Shown here one piece after another: positions 26,800 through 35,577 of a DNA stretch of 36,393 nt; the stretch's first letter is position 1, and every line of letters starts with the position of its first letter. Location: positions 1-36,393 of the IMG/VR virus record IMGVR_UViG_2534682108_000013. One strand, 5' to 3'. A model generated the notes under the pieces. That model had not been told where the DNA came from, did no database searches, and saw only the letters and a program-made list of their open reading frames with translations. Source of the DNA: a virus (taxonomy: Duplodnaviria; Heunggongvirae; Uroviricota; Caudoviricetes). The position numbers were made by a program, and so were the translations under genes.

Positions 26800-28325
26800 G
26801 CGGCTTCCCCTTGTTTCTCTTTACGTTTCGCGAAGGCGATCAGTTTTGATTTGATGAAATTCGTCACTTCAGGTGTGATTTGCTGCGGGGTGTGATGTAA
26901 CCCTCTCGGCCATACACCGAATTTTTGGCGATAGGTATGCGCACACCATCCGTCACTGACAGGGCGTCCCTGTGCTGCGCGGGTGCGCTGATAGAAAAGA
27001 ATCTGAGACCACCAGGATTGTTTCTGCTCTGGGGTGTATTTAACTTCCGCTTTGCTGACCTTGGTCAGTCCACGGGATTTGTCTGTTTCAACGTCTTCCC
27101 CGGCCAGCGGTTTAAAACCACATTTCGGGCAGATATAAATTCCGGCAGGTTTCACGTATTGGCACTGGCTGCACTCTTTCGGCAACTTCTCCGGCTCGTC
27201 GGTCTTGGTAACGCGCTGCGGGGCTTCTTCCATGCCGTCAGACGACGAAGGGAGATAGTCATATTCAATGTCGTCGGGATAACCCAGCTTATTGACCGTG
27301 CCGCTGTGGTCGAAGATGAGACAGTGATCTTTGCCAGGGGCCGCGCGTAATCCTCGCCCAAGCGTCTGAATCCAGCGAATTTCACTTTTAGTCGGTCGGG
27401 CAAAGATGATGCAGCGAACATCACTGTCGAACCCGGCTACCAGTACACCAACGTTGATGATGATTTTGGTAATACCCTGCTCGAAGCGACGGATCGTTAA
27501 CTGACGTTCTTCATGGGGTGTGCTTGCCGTCATGACTTCAACGGTCACCCCGGCGCGGGAAAACTCCATCGTGACGTAGTTCGCATGGGCCACATCAACG
27601 CAGAAACAGATTGTTGGGCGATCCTGCCCGTTCTCCAGCCAGTTTTTTACAATATCGCCAACCAGTTTGGCTTCACTCATAACCTTACTGAGCTGGCCTT
27701 CCTTGTAGTCGCTGCCATACCCAGCAACGTAAGACGTTTCCACCTCAGAGAGATCGGGATGTGACGGCGCGTAAAATTCGTATTTGCTCAGTGCGCCAAT
27801 CGCGATCAGCTCCTTCATCGTTGTTGGCTTAATCAGGCGCTGATAGTAATTGCCCAGGAACTTGGCGAAAGGCGTACCGGAAAGACCGACCACCTTCGTT
27901 TTTGTGTTGCGGGTCAGGTTGTCGATAACCTCCAGCAGCTTTTTGCGCTTCAGGTGGGCTTCGTCAACAATCAGCAGGTCGATGTTGTCCGGGAATTCAC
28001 GGCGAATGAGTGTATCGGCGCTGGCGATCTGAATAAGCGCTGTCGGGTTATATGACGGATGATCACGCCAGACATAACTGATCTCTTCGCCAGGAAGACC
28101 ATATTCCATGAATCGGGTGGCAGTCTGGTCAAGCAGTACCGTATACGGGGCCACAAACATTACGCGCATTTCACGGCTGACAAAGCCATCAGTGATCAGC
28201 GCGGCAATAGCCGTTTTACCAAAACCAACCGGGGCATAGAGCATAAACGAATTATTCTGCTTCCATGCGCCGCGCAGCATGTTGAGTGCGACGATCTGTT
28301 TCTCACGAGGCTGGATGTTAAGCAT
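26796..28325 (-). CDS. Superfamily-2 DEAD/DEAH-box helicase (replication)
   Basis: Walker A APVGFGKT, DEAH box LIVDEAH, C-terminal Cys-rich zinc ribbon. Confidence 0.85.
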   Translation of the reverse strand: MLNIQPREKQIVALNMLRGAWKQNNSFMLYAPVGFGKTAIAALITDGFVSREMRVMFVAPYTVLLDQTATRFMEYGLPGEEISYVWRDHPSYNPTALIQIASADTLIRREFPDNIDLLIVDEAHLKRKKLLEVIDNLTRNTKTKVVGLSGTPFAKFLGNYYQRLIKPTTMKELIAIGALSKYEFYAPSHPDLSEVETSYVAGYGSDYKEGQLSKVMSEAKLVGDIVKNWLENGQDRPTICFCVDVAHANYVTMEFSRAGVTVEVMTASTPHEERQLTIRRFEQGITKIIINVGVLVAGFDSDVRCIIFARPTKSEIRWIQTLGRGLRAAPGKDHCLIFDHSGTVNKLGYPDDIEYDYLPSSSDGMEEAPQRVTKTDEPEKLPKECSQCQYVKPAGIYICPKCGFKPLAGEDVETDKSRGLTKVSKAEVKYTPEQKQSWWSQILFYQRTRAAQGRPVSDGWCAHTYRQKFGVWPRGLHHTPQQITPEVTNFIKSKLIAFAKRKEKQGEAA

Positions 28326-28593
28326 TGACTAGTACCTCCCCGAATGCTTTAGCAACCAGATCGGCAATGACAAACTTCTCGCGCTGACGCTGAACGGACA
28401 ACGTAACCGTTTTGGTGCCGTCTTTACGCATGCGGCCTTTGAGAAAACCGCCGTGAATGTGACGAATAAAATATTCAGAGTTAGCCAGGCGCGGAATGCT
28501 GCGAACACGGCCAAGATTGCTGACTTCATAAGCTTTTGAATAAAGCTCAACTGGAACAGGGGCCCATTTTTCGTTAGCGTCTGAATAAATCAT
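28318..28593 (-). CDS. NUMOD4 motif protein (HNH-associated DNA-binding module)
   Basis: EKWAPVPVELYSKAYEVSNLGRVRS NUMOD4-like motif; AAGGAG RBS before the Met at 28593. Confidence 0.55.
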   Translation of the reverse strand: MIYSDANEKWAPVPVELYSKAYEVSNLGRVRSIPRLANSEYFIRHIHGGFLKGRMRKDGTKTVTLSVQRQREKFVIADLVAKAFGEVLVNA

Positions 28594-28753
28594 TTTATCT
28601 CCTTTTGGATGGCTAAACGTCTGGATTCCCATTCAACGTTTTAACCCCATACAGTGATCTATCTGTTAGATCGATCTCTTCTGGTAAAGCTGTTCCAGCC
28701 CTTCGGGCTAAAACCCAACACCGCCCCCTTTCCCCCAACCCGGTTTCAAAAAT

Positions 28754-29032
28754 TCATACCCTGGGTGGGAGCGAGGTATATCCCATGACCGCTGGGGTAT
28801 ATCTCGTGCAAAACTCTCGCAATCGGCGGTTTGCCGTTCGTCGTGCTGCGTTCTGCTGCCGGAAAGACACCGGTTCTGCATCGAACGCCTCCTGGTACGC
28901 CTGCGCATACGCCATCGCGATTTTTTCCCGCATACCTGCCGGGAGTGTTGCTAACTGCTGTTTAATCCACGGGGCGTCCTCACGAAAAAAAACCGTGGGC
29001 ATAGTCACGTGAAAATATTCGTCCTGATACAT
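28754..29032 (-). CDS. Hypothetical early protein
   Basis: 92-aa ORF with AGGAGG RBS. Confidence 0.45.
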   Translation of the reverse strand: MYQDEYFHVTMPTVFFREDAPWIKQQLATLPAGMREKIAMAYAQAYQEAFDAEPVSFRQQNAARRTANRRLREFCTRYTPAVMGYTSLPPRV

Positions 29033-29073
29033 AAGCCCTCCTGCGTCACGTCTGTGAGCCGGGCGTAGACTGA

Positions 29074-29604
29074 TTAGTCTGGAGGTCTGGAAACCTCATC
29101 AGGGGCACAGAAGACCCGGAATAACAGCGTCAGGTGTTCCTGCCATTTGGTCATAACCTGATAGCTATTCTCTTCAATCTGAGCGCGTTCAGCGGCGTCG
29201 ATAACTCCGTCTGCGGTAGCTTTACGGATATACTGAGAGTGCCTGCCAATCCACTCGATGGATTCCATAAGGCGCTGATTGATGTCGGCGTTATCAACAT
29301 CATCAACATCTGCCAACGGCACAAACAGACCGTTCGAGTTCCGGGCAACAGCATTTGCGATATGGTTTGAACCACCAGCAGCCTGTAAGACCATCGCCCA
29401 TCCCAACGGGAAGATTTGATCACCGGTAGTACGAAGTCGGTTATGTAGTGGATCGGTTGCCGGGGTTACGTCATCAGATTTATATACCCCAAGGATTTCA
29501 GCAGCTTCTTCATAGCCACCAGGTAAATCAGCGATAGTTCTTCTGATAGCAGCCACCAGCCACGCAGGCTGTTTTTCAACTTTCCACTCTGGTTGATTAC
29601 CCAC
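29074..29604 (-). CDS. CII-like regulatory protein (tentative, 186 CII / CP76-like size and position)
   Basis: 176 aa directly downstream of cro in the early operon; family assignment is from memory and weak. Confidence 0.35.
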   Translation of the reverse strand: MGNQPEWKVEKQPAWLVAAIRRTIADLPGGYEEAAEILGVYKSDDVTPATDPLHNRLRTTGDQIFPLGWAMVLQAAGGSNHIANAVARNSNGLFVPLADVDDVDNADINQRLMESIEWIGRHSQYIRKATADGVIDAAERAQIEENSYQVMTKWQEHLTLLFRVFCAPDEVSRPPD

Positions 29605-29677
29605 GACTCACCTCTTAATGCTGTGGTTACTTTCATGCTGCTGTTTTTTTATGATCAAGTTCTGGCCAAATCTTTTC

Positions 29678-29878
29678 CTAATCATCTGGGTGGAGGTTTT
29701 TCCTGCTAACTGAGCCGCCAGAATGCGTTTCGATAGAAACAGATAGGGCAGCTCCCAACTTTTGTTTTTTGCTTATGGCTTTACGCAAGTACTCAAGAGA
29801 GGTTTCGCATCGTGATGCAAACTCTCTCTGTTTTTCGAGCGACAAAGCGTTTAGATAATTTCTTAACGTTTCCATCAC
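29678..29878 (-). CDS. Cro-like HTH repressor
   Basis: 66 aa, divergent from cI across an operator-rich 96-bp region; GGAGG RBS. Confidence 0.6.
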   Translation of the reverse strand: MMETLRNYLNALSLEKQREFASRCETSLEYLRKAISKKQKLGAALSVSIETHSGGSVSRKNLHPDD

Positions 29879-29897
29879 GCCTCCTGTGCCTGGAAAG

Positions 29898-29965
29898 AAA
29901 ATATACCTTTAAGTAAATACAAGTCAATACCCAGGAGTCATTTACCTCAAAGTAAATTTAAGTAA
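29898..29965. promoter_or_regulatory. OR-like operator/promoter region (PR toward cro, PRM-like toward cI)
   Basis: Minus-strand TTGACT-N16-TATATT facing cro; repeated GTAAAT/ATTTAC half-sites including ATTTAC-N6-GTAAAT; 23-bp block nearly identical to 31063..31085. Confidence 0.5.
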
Positions 29966-29974
29966 GATGAAATA

Positions 29975-30685
29975 ATGAAAACTGAAACGCCTGACATCTT
30001 CGAGTTACGACGCCTCAAACTTCAGGAGTTGGTAACTCGCTTTAAGACCCAAAGAGAGTTTGCTGAAAAGGCAGGGCTTGATCCGACTGTTGTTTCTCGG
30101 ATGCTTTACCCTGTTGGTAAACCTAATAAGCGGAATATTGGGGAGCAGGCAGCTCGCCAGATTGAAGATGCTATGAAAATCAGCCGTGGATGGATGGATG
30201 GTCTTGGACCTACCACAAAAATGGATGTTGATGTACCCACTCACAAAGTCGACAATTATCGTGTAGAAGTTCTCGACCTTACTGTGAGTGCTGGTCCTGG
30301 ATGTTTTATGATCTCTGAGTTTGTTGAGGTTCTACACGCCATTGAGTTCACCACCGAGCACGCTCGTTCACTTTTCGGAAATCGTTCTCAGGAAGATGTA
30401 AAAGTGATGACTGTCGATGGTGACAGCATGTGCCCAACTATACAGTCTGGAGACAGGTTGTTTTTTGATGTTTCGGTAAGAAACTTCAAGGTAGATGGTG
30501 TTTATGCGTTCGTATTCGGACAGCACTTCCATGTAAAGCGCTTACAGATGCAGGGTTTGCAGCTTGCAGTTTTATCAGATAACCCTGTGTACAAAGACTG
30601 GTACGTAACTGAAGAAAACCAAGATCAATTGTACATAATGGGGAAAGCATTGCTACATGAATCAATAGCTTACAATAAACTGTAA
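29975..30685 (+). CDS. CI-type repressor (N-terminal HTH, C-terminal S24 LexA-like autopeptidase)
   Basis: C-terminal domain with DGDSM Ser motif and Lys (VKR); divergent from cro. Confidence 0.85.
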   Translation: MKTETPDIFELRRLKLQELVTRFKTQREFAEKAGLDPTVVSRMLYPVGKPNKRNIGEQAARQIEDAMKISRGWMDGLGPTTKMDVDVPTHKVDNYRVEVLDLTVSAGPGCFMISEFVEVLHAIEFTTEHARSLFGNRSQEDVKVMTVDGDSMCPTIQSGDRLFFDVSVRNFKVDGVYAFVFGQHFHVKRLQMQGLQLAVLSDNPVYKDWYVTEENQDQLYIMGKALLHESIAYNKL

Positions 30686-30740
30686 TTTTAGATGTCGGAA
30701 GTTGAAACAGACTGAGCAATTTCTAAAAAACAACATTTAA

Positions 30741-30765
30741 CCCGGCCCCAGCGCCGGGTTTTTAT
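30741..30765 (+). terminator. Rho-independent terminator after cI
   Basis: CCCGGC-CCCAGC-GCCGGG hairpin followed by TTTTTAT. Confidence 0.6.
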
Positions 30766-30968
30766 TGTCCTTTTCTCACCATAGCAGCGGCATCCCGTAA
30801 AACACCTTTGTGGATCACATTACCCACCGCGCGACGCTTAACCTCTAGGCTATCTACAATCGCATCTCGACTTATCACCACACCGTTGATTATCAACTCG
30901 ACAACTGCACCGCCTATTTCGCCAGCGATGAATGCCGCACGGTCTTCTTCCAGCTCATCACGTTCCAT
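30762..30968 (-). CDS. Hypothetical small protein convergent with cI
   Basis: 68 aa from the Met with GAGGG RBS (the ORF track start is 31040); no recognisable family. Confidence 0.3.
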   Translation of the reverse strand: MERDELEEDRAAFIAGEIGGAVVELIINGVVISRDAIVDSLEVKRRAVGNVIHKGVLRDAAAMVRKGQ

Positions 30969-31062
30969 ATCAGGCCCTCTCTGTTGCTTTTCTGAGCATA
31001 TCACGCATCTCCGAAATAAATAAATTCCAATTAAAAGCAATCAATTGCCATGTAAGTAAATA

Positions 31063-31109
31063 AAAATATACCTTTAGGTATTTACACAAAAATTACTCAC
31101 GGGTATATT
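31063..31109 (+). promoter_or_regulatory. OL/PL-like operator and rightward promoter
   Basis: Operator block AAAATATACCTTTAGGTATTTAC (3 mismatches to the OR block) overlapping -35 TTTACA, 17-bp spacer, -10 TATATT. Confidence 0.45.
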
Positions 31110-31175
31110 CAAATCATCATCAGCGAACAAACCGAAACCAATCACCATTGCAAACGGCGTTAGCTGAAGTAATAC

Positions 31176-31189
31176 CGCTCTTTAACAAT
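31176..31189 (+). promoter_or_regulatory. boxA-like antitermination element (CGCTCTTTAACAAT)
   Basis: 13-nt match to the rrn-type boxA consensus GCTCTTTAACAAT as recalled, about 60 nt downstream of the predicted PL-like start. Confidence 0.5.
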
Positions 31190-31787
31190 ATGAACACTTA
31201 CAGCGTCAATGACCTGTTTAGACCCCTACACGTAAACGTGGCGTAGCACCAGGCGCGATCCGGTTGGTGTGAGGTTATCCCCGCGCGAGAGCGAGAACGG
31301 CGTGAGAATGGGCAACACTGGCAGGGAAATGACGCTGATTACTGCTTAGAAGAGTTAGGTTCCCCCCGGTTACCCAGGGGGATGTGTGAGAAATTATGAA
31401 CAGTATTTCTTCACGATTAACATGGTGATGAAAATCAGTGTCGCTGTAACTGGTTCACAATGACTCAGCAGCAATGACATGATTAAGTAATCATATTTAG
31501 TCATCTACGTTTCCACGCCTACCCTTGCGAGTAGTCTGCTGAATGAATTCTCAGCATCCATATGTTCTCATATTCAGAGATATCAAAAAAGCCTTAGGAC
31601 CCTTGGGAGTGCTTTGGGGTGTGATGAATTGTAGCCATTAAAGGTAAGCCGAAGATCAGCACCGGCCACCGCACCACCAAAACATTTCCATAATTTCGAT
31701 GTCCAAAGCATTGGTGAACACTTAGAAATCAGACGAAACACACACATTCATACGGTTACTTTGTGTCAATCATTTCAGGAGGTTATA

Positions 31788-32903
31788 GTGCCATTATCCA
31801 AGCGTTCAGTTGAAGGCAGTCAAATGGCAAATGCACAGTACGAGAAAGGGAAAATCATACTTGAGCACACTAAAACTCAAGTCAAGAAGGCTGGAGAGTG
31901 CATACGAAAAGGAAATGGTGATATCGAAAAATCAATCGAGATTATCCAGCAGTATAGAGCGGCCCATCTGTACCCTTTGATGATTATTAAAAATCTCGTG
32001 TGGAAACATGCGCAAAAAATAAACAAAAACGCTATCATTGCACGTAGATTAAAACGTCTTCCGACCATTATTGATAAGTTACGACGTAAAACACTTGATG
32101 GTAAAACGCCGAATTCTATTGCTGTAACCCGAATGAGCGATATTGGTGGTTGCCGTGTAATTGTCGAGGACAGACAAGAGTTACTTTTATTAGATTCTTC
32201 GTTAGACAAAAGTCGCACCACCCATAAATCTAAGGTCAAGGATTATATAAGAACTCCGAAACCTACCGGCTACCGTGGTATCCATAGAGTTTATAGTTGT
32301 TATGACAAGGATGAATCTCATCAGTGGAAAGGGTTTGATATAGAAGTACAGTTAAGAACTAAACTCCAACATTTATGGGCCACTACAGTTGAAGTGGTGG
32401 ATTTGTGCGAAGGCAGGGCCCTGAAAACTAACCCATTCGAATCAAACCCTTCATGGATTGAGTTTTTCCAGCTAATGAGTGAATTCATTGCTGATGAAGA
32501 AGGATTCATTTTCCTACCTCCTCATAATAAAAACATCATAAAATCAAGACTTTTAAGTCTTAATGATAAACTTAATGCCATCGAAAAGCTCAGGTCATTT
32601 AACCGGTTATTCTCTGATAAAGAGTTAGACCTTTCCAAGAATAAGGGCGGATATGTAATAATCGCATTAAAATCAAATAAAATATTTTACAAGACCTTTA
32701 CAACATCTCAAAAGCACTTAGCTGTAACTGCATATTCCATTGTTGAAAAAGACGATGATGCAAATGGTTTATTTGTTGAGATGGACGACCTGCGAAAATT
32801 ATCTTCTGCCTACCCTAACTATCTAATCGATACGAGATTTTTTATAGATAAGTTTGAGTTGTATACCAATTCAAGTTATTGGGCAAAACCCCGACAGATT
32901 TAA
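31788..32903 (+). CDS. RelA/SpoT-domain nucleotidyltransferase with C-terminal extension (candidate fused toxSAS-type defence protein)
   Basis: Motifs TRMSDIGGCRVIVEDRQELL, KPTGYRGIHRVY, DIEVQLRTKLQHLWA; AGGAGG-5 nt-GTG start (the ORF track uses TTG at 31761); AT-rich; own terminator. Confidence 0.75.
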   Translation: MPLSKRSVEGSQMANAQYEKGKIILEHTKTQVKKAGECIRKGNGDIEKSIEIIQQYRAAHLYPLMIIKNLVWKHAQKINKNAIIARRLKRLPTIIDKLRRKTLDGKTPNSIAVTRMSDIGGCRVIVEDRQELLLLDSSLDKSRTTHKSKVKDYIRTPKPTGYRGIHRVYSCYDKDESHQWKGFDIEVQLRTKLQHLWATTVEVVDLCEGRALKTNPFESNPSWIEFFQLMSEFIADEEGFIFLPPHNKNIIKSRLLSLNDKLNAIEKLRSFNRLFSDKELDLSKNKGGYVIIALKSNKIFYKTFTTSQKHLAVTAYSIVEKDDDANGLFVEMDDLRKLSSAYPNYLIDTRFFIDKFELYTNSSYWAKPRQI

Positions 32904-32916
32904 TCTTTGTATAACT

Positions 32917-32941
32917 GAGGTCGCAATTGCGGCCTTTTTTA
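32917..32941 (+). terminator. Rho-independent terminator after the RelA/SpoT-domain gene
   Basis: GGTCGCAA/TTGCGGCC stem followed by TTTTTTA. Confidence 0.6.
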
Positions 32942-33282
32942 TTAGCCTTATCCTTTGGCGGTTATCTGGTCTTCAACCAACTCACAGGAGGATGAAGATA
33001 ATGTTCTGACATATAACCGCCCTTTTTATTCAATGTGTCCGCTTCCGGTGTCGGCTGGGACTCCCTACCCAGCGCGGGTTCAACTCCTGCCGGATACCTA
33101 ATCATATGGTGACTTATATGACCTTCCGTAACGTTAATTTTTACTACGGCGACCTGATGCGCGTCACTCGTGGTGTGCAGGCTGTTCGTAATCCAAAAAC
33201 AATCGCTAATTTCTGGCGGCGTAGCTGGTTATGCAGGTTACTCACTCAGAAAGGCGATCCTCGTTTATAACTGGAGATAACT

Positions 33283-33642
33283 ATGTCAGAAACAAAGAAC
33301 ACCACACCATTCAGCCAGCAACTGGCTTATATCAATAAAGGCACACTGGATGCTGAACTGACCGAAGCGCTGGCCGAAGTGATTAAAGCAGTCCGCGAAA
33401 CTGGCAAGAAAGGTGCGGTTACGCTGACTCTCAATTGCGCCATGCTGAATACCCGTGACGAAAACACCATGAAGGTCACGCCAAAAGTAACCCGAACCAT
33501 CCCTGAACTGGACCGCGCCGATACCATCATGTTTGCAACCGCCGATGGCGATCTACTGCGTGACGATCCTGCGCAGACACAGCTTGATTTAAAGGTTATC
33601 GAACCTGCACCACAAACAGCACCTATCAAGCTGGCCCAGTAA
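33283..33642 (+). CDS. YfdP-like hypothetical protein
   Basis: 119-aa ORF with GGAG RBS immediately upstream of the YfdQ-like gene; naming from memory of the K-12 CPS-53 gene order. Confidence 0.5.
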   Translation: MSETKNTTPFSQQLAYINKGTLDAELTEALAEVIKAVRETGKKGAVTLTLNCAMLNTRDENTMKVTPKVTRTIPELDRADTIMFATADGDLLRDDPAQTQLDLKVIEPAPQTAPIKLAQ

Positions 33643-33685
33643 TACCCACCAAACAAACCATTCCAATCTGATAAGGAAATATTCA

Positions 33686-34498
33686 ATGTCTCAAATTGAA
33701 GGCTCTGCCGTGCTCGACATTCGTGATCTGGTCTCTGCAACTCTGAAGACTGAGACGGACATTCCGTCAGTTGTTGTACCCGATGGCTTTGAAGTCAAAT
33801 CCCTCGAAAGTCTGCAACTGGCTCCGTCGCGCATTCGTCAGAGCGCCAACCTGATTTCTCCGGGTTCGCTGATCGCTTACATCCAGCGATTCCGTGATGA
33901 ACGTACTGTAGTTTTCGCGGATAAAACTAAAACGCGCATTGTCGCCGTGCTGGATTTCCACCAGAACGCAGACAATCCGAGCTGGGCTGCACATGAAGCT
34001 GTTTATGACTGCCCGTTCTCCGACGAATGGAAATCATGGACTGCCAACGATGGCAGCAAAATGGACCAGATCAACTTCGCTGAATTCTTGGAAAACAATA
34101 TTCAGAATGTTGCGCCGGTTAGTGATTCATACCATGGCCCGTCAGGTACCGAACTGCTCGAAATGGTCCTGGCATTCCAGGAAACTCGCAAATCTGAGTT
34201 TAAGTCTGTTAAACGCCTTTCTGATGGTACCTGCCAGTTCCAGTTCAGCGATGAAAAATCAGGTTCTGGTAATACCAAAATGCCGGAAAAAATCAGCCTG
34301 GCAATTTCTCCATTCCACAACGGCTCTCCTTACCAGGTCGATGCACGTATCCGCTACCGCCTGCGTGATGGTCAGTTGGTCCTCTGGTATGAGCTGATCG
34401 AACCGAAGAAAGTTGTTGAGCACGCATTCCAGGAGATCGTCACCGATATGGAAAGCCAGCTTGGCGAAGACCTGCCTATCTACGAAGGCTCTGTTTAA
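33686..34498 (+). CDS. YfdQ-like protein (DUF2303-type)
   Basis: 270 aa; size and neighbourhood as recalled for E. coli CPS-53 yfdQ. Confidence 0.55.
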   Translation: MSQIEGSAVLDIRDLVSATLKTETDIPSVVVPDGFEVKSLESLQLAPSRIRQSANLISPGSLIAYIQRFRDERTVVFADKTKTRIVAVLDFHQNADNPSWAAHEAVYDCPFSDEWKSWTANDGSKMDQINFAEFLENNIQNVAPVSDSYHGPSGTELLEMVLAFQETRKSEFKSVKRLSDGTCQFQFSDEKSGSGNTKMPEKISLAISPFHNGSPYQVDARIRYRLRDGQLVLWYELIEPKKVVEHAFQEIVTDMESQLGEDLPIYEGSV

Positions 34499-34575
34499 TC
34501 CCACCGTGTGTTGTTTTATGCGCCTGCCCTGCGGGCGCATAGCAAAGCACTCTCCCACTACATGAAGGAGTAACC

Positions 34576-35373
34576 ATGCCCAGTTTAGGCCAGCTCTATA
34601 ATGATAAAGACGCCGGGTTAACTACCCGCAAAACCTACAATGTTCCGCTGGATAAAATTTACGCCGAAGAAGGCTACAACGTTCGTGAACTCAATCGGGC
34701 GCATGTTGAAGAATTCCGCGATGCGTTTATTGCCGGTGAATATATCCCGCCGCTGGCCGTAGAAGTTACCGAGCGTGGTGTGAAGGTTATCGACGGCCAT
34801 CACCGCTATCATGGTGCGCTGGCTGCTATCGAAATGGGCCACGACATTGTGCGCCTTGAATGCAAAGATTTCGTCGGTAGTGAAGCCGACAAGATCGCCT
34901 TCATGGTAACCAGCTCGCAAGGATTAGCGCTTACTCCTCTTGAACGTGGCGCGGCATATCATCGCCTTCAGAATCAGGGCTGGAGTCCTTCAGAAATAGC
35001 GGCAAAAGTTAAACGTTCTGAGTCCGATATTCTGCAACACCTTCAACTTCACGAATGTACTCCATATATCAAAAAACTCGTTCGTGATGGTTCCATGAAT
35101 TATGCCATCGCCATCGGTATCTCCCGCGAGCATGGTGTGTATGCCGATCGCGAAGCTTCACGTCTGATGAAGAAAGCTGAAGCCGCAGGTAAGAAAAAAA
35201 TAACCAAGAGCATCGCCAATCCTCAGTTTAATGCCGGAAAAGCAAGAAAGTTTCTTGAGCTTATTTCTTCATGTGCTGAGGACTCTGGTGAAGTGCTGAC
35301 CATTGAAGTGCCACCAGCAATGCAGGCTGAAATTATCTCTATTCTTCGGGAATTTCGTCATGAAGCAGTCTGA
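34576..35373 (+). CDS. ParB-like nuclease domain protein
   Basis: VIDGHHRYHGALAA ParB/Srx-fold signature. Confidence 0.7.
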   Translation: MPSLGQLYNDKDAGLTTRKTYNVPLDKIYAEEGYNVRELNRAHVEEFRDAFIAGEYIPPLAVEVTERGVKVIDGHHRYHGALAAIEMGHDIVRLECKDFVGSEADKIAFMVTSSQGLALTPLERGAAYHRLQNQGWSPSEIAAKVKRSESDILQHLQLHECTPYIKKLVRDGSMNYAIAIGISREHGVYADREASRLMKKAEAAGKKKITKSIANPQFNAGKARKFLELISSCAEDSGEVLTIEVPPAMQAEIISILREFRHEAV

Positions 35374-35569
35374 TTTACCAAGATGCCCAACGTGCGGAAA
35401 TATGCCCGAATACTCGCTGAAACCCAATCATCTTGGCTGGGTTTGGGGTGGTATCAGATGCCCGTATGACCATTACAGCGTGAAGCCCAACGGACCGGCC
35501 AGTAACCGTGCAAAGGCAGAAGAAACTCTGGCTCCGCAGTGGATTGCGTTGGTAGAAAAAGCAAGATAA
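35360..35569 (+). CDS. Small zinc-ribbon protein (possibly Lar-family restriction alleviation)
   Basis: MKQSDLPRCPTCG... with a second RCPYDH Cys/His pair; overlaps the ParB-like stop; Lar assignment is weak. Confidence 0.35.
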   Translation: MKQSDLPRCPTCGNMPEYSLKPNHLGWVWGGIRCPYDHYSVKPNGPASNRAKAEETLAPQWIALVEKAR

Positions 35570-35577
35570 GAGGTTTT

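Noticed and set aside
31501-31610. 35-aa hydrophobic minus-strand ORF in the leader as a type I toxin
   Set aside because: No convincing RBS or promoter/terminator pair; cannot be distinguished from chance in an ORF-free region
33068-33100. Possible tRNA or tmRNA 3' end (GGTTCAACTCC T-loop-like)
   Set aside because: No acceptor-stem partner or 7-nt anticodon loop could be built; kept only as a possible att-like remnant in the findings
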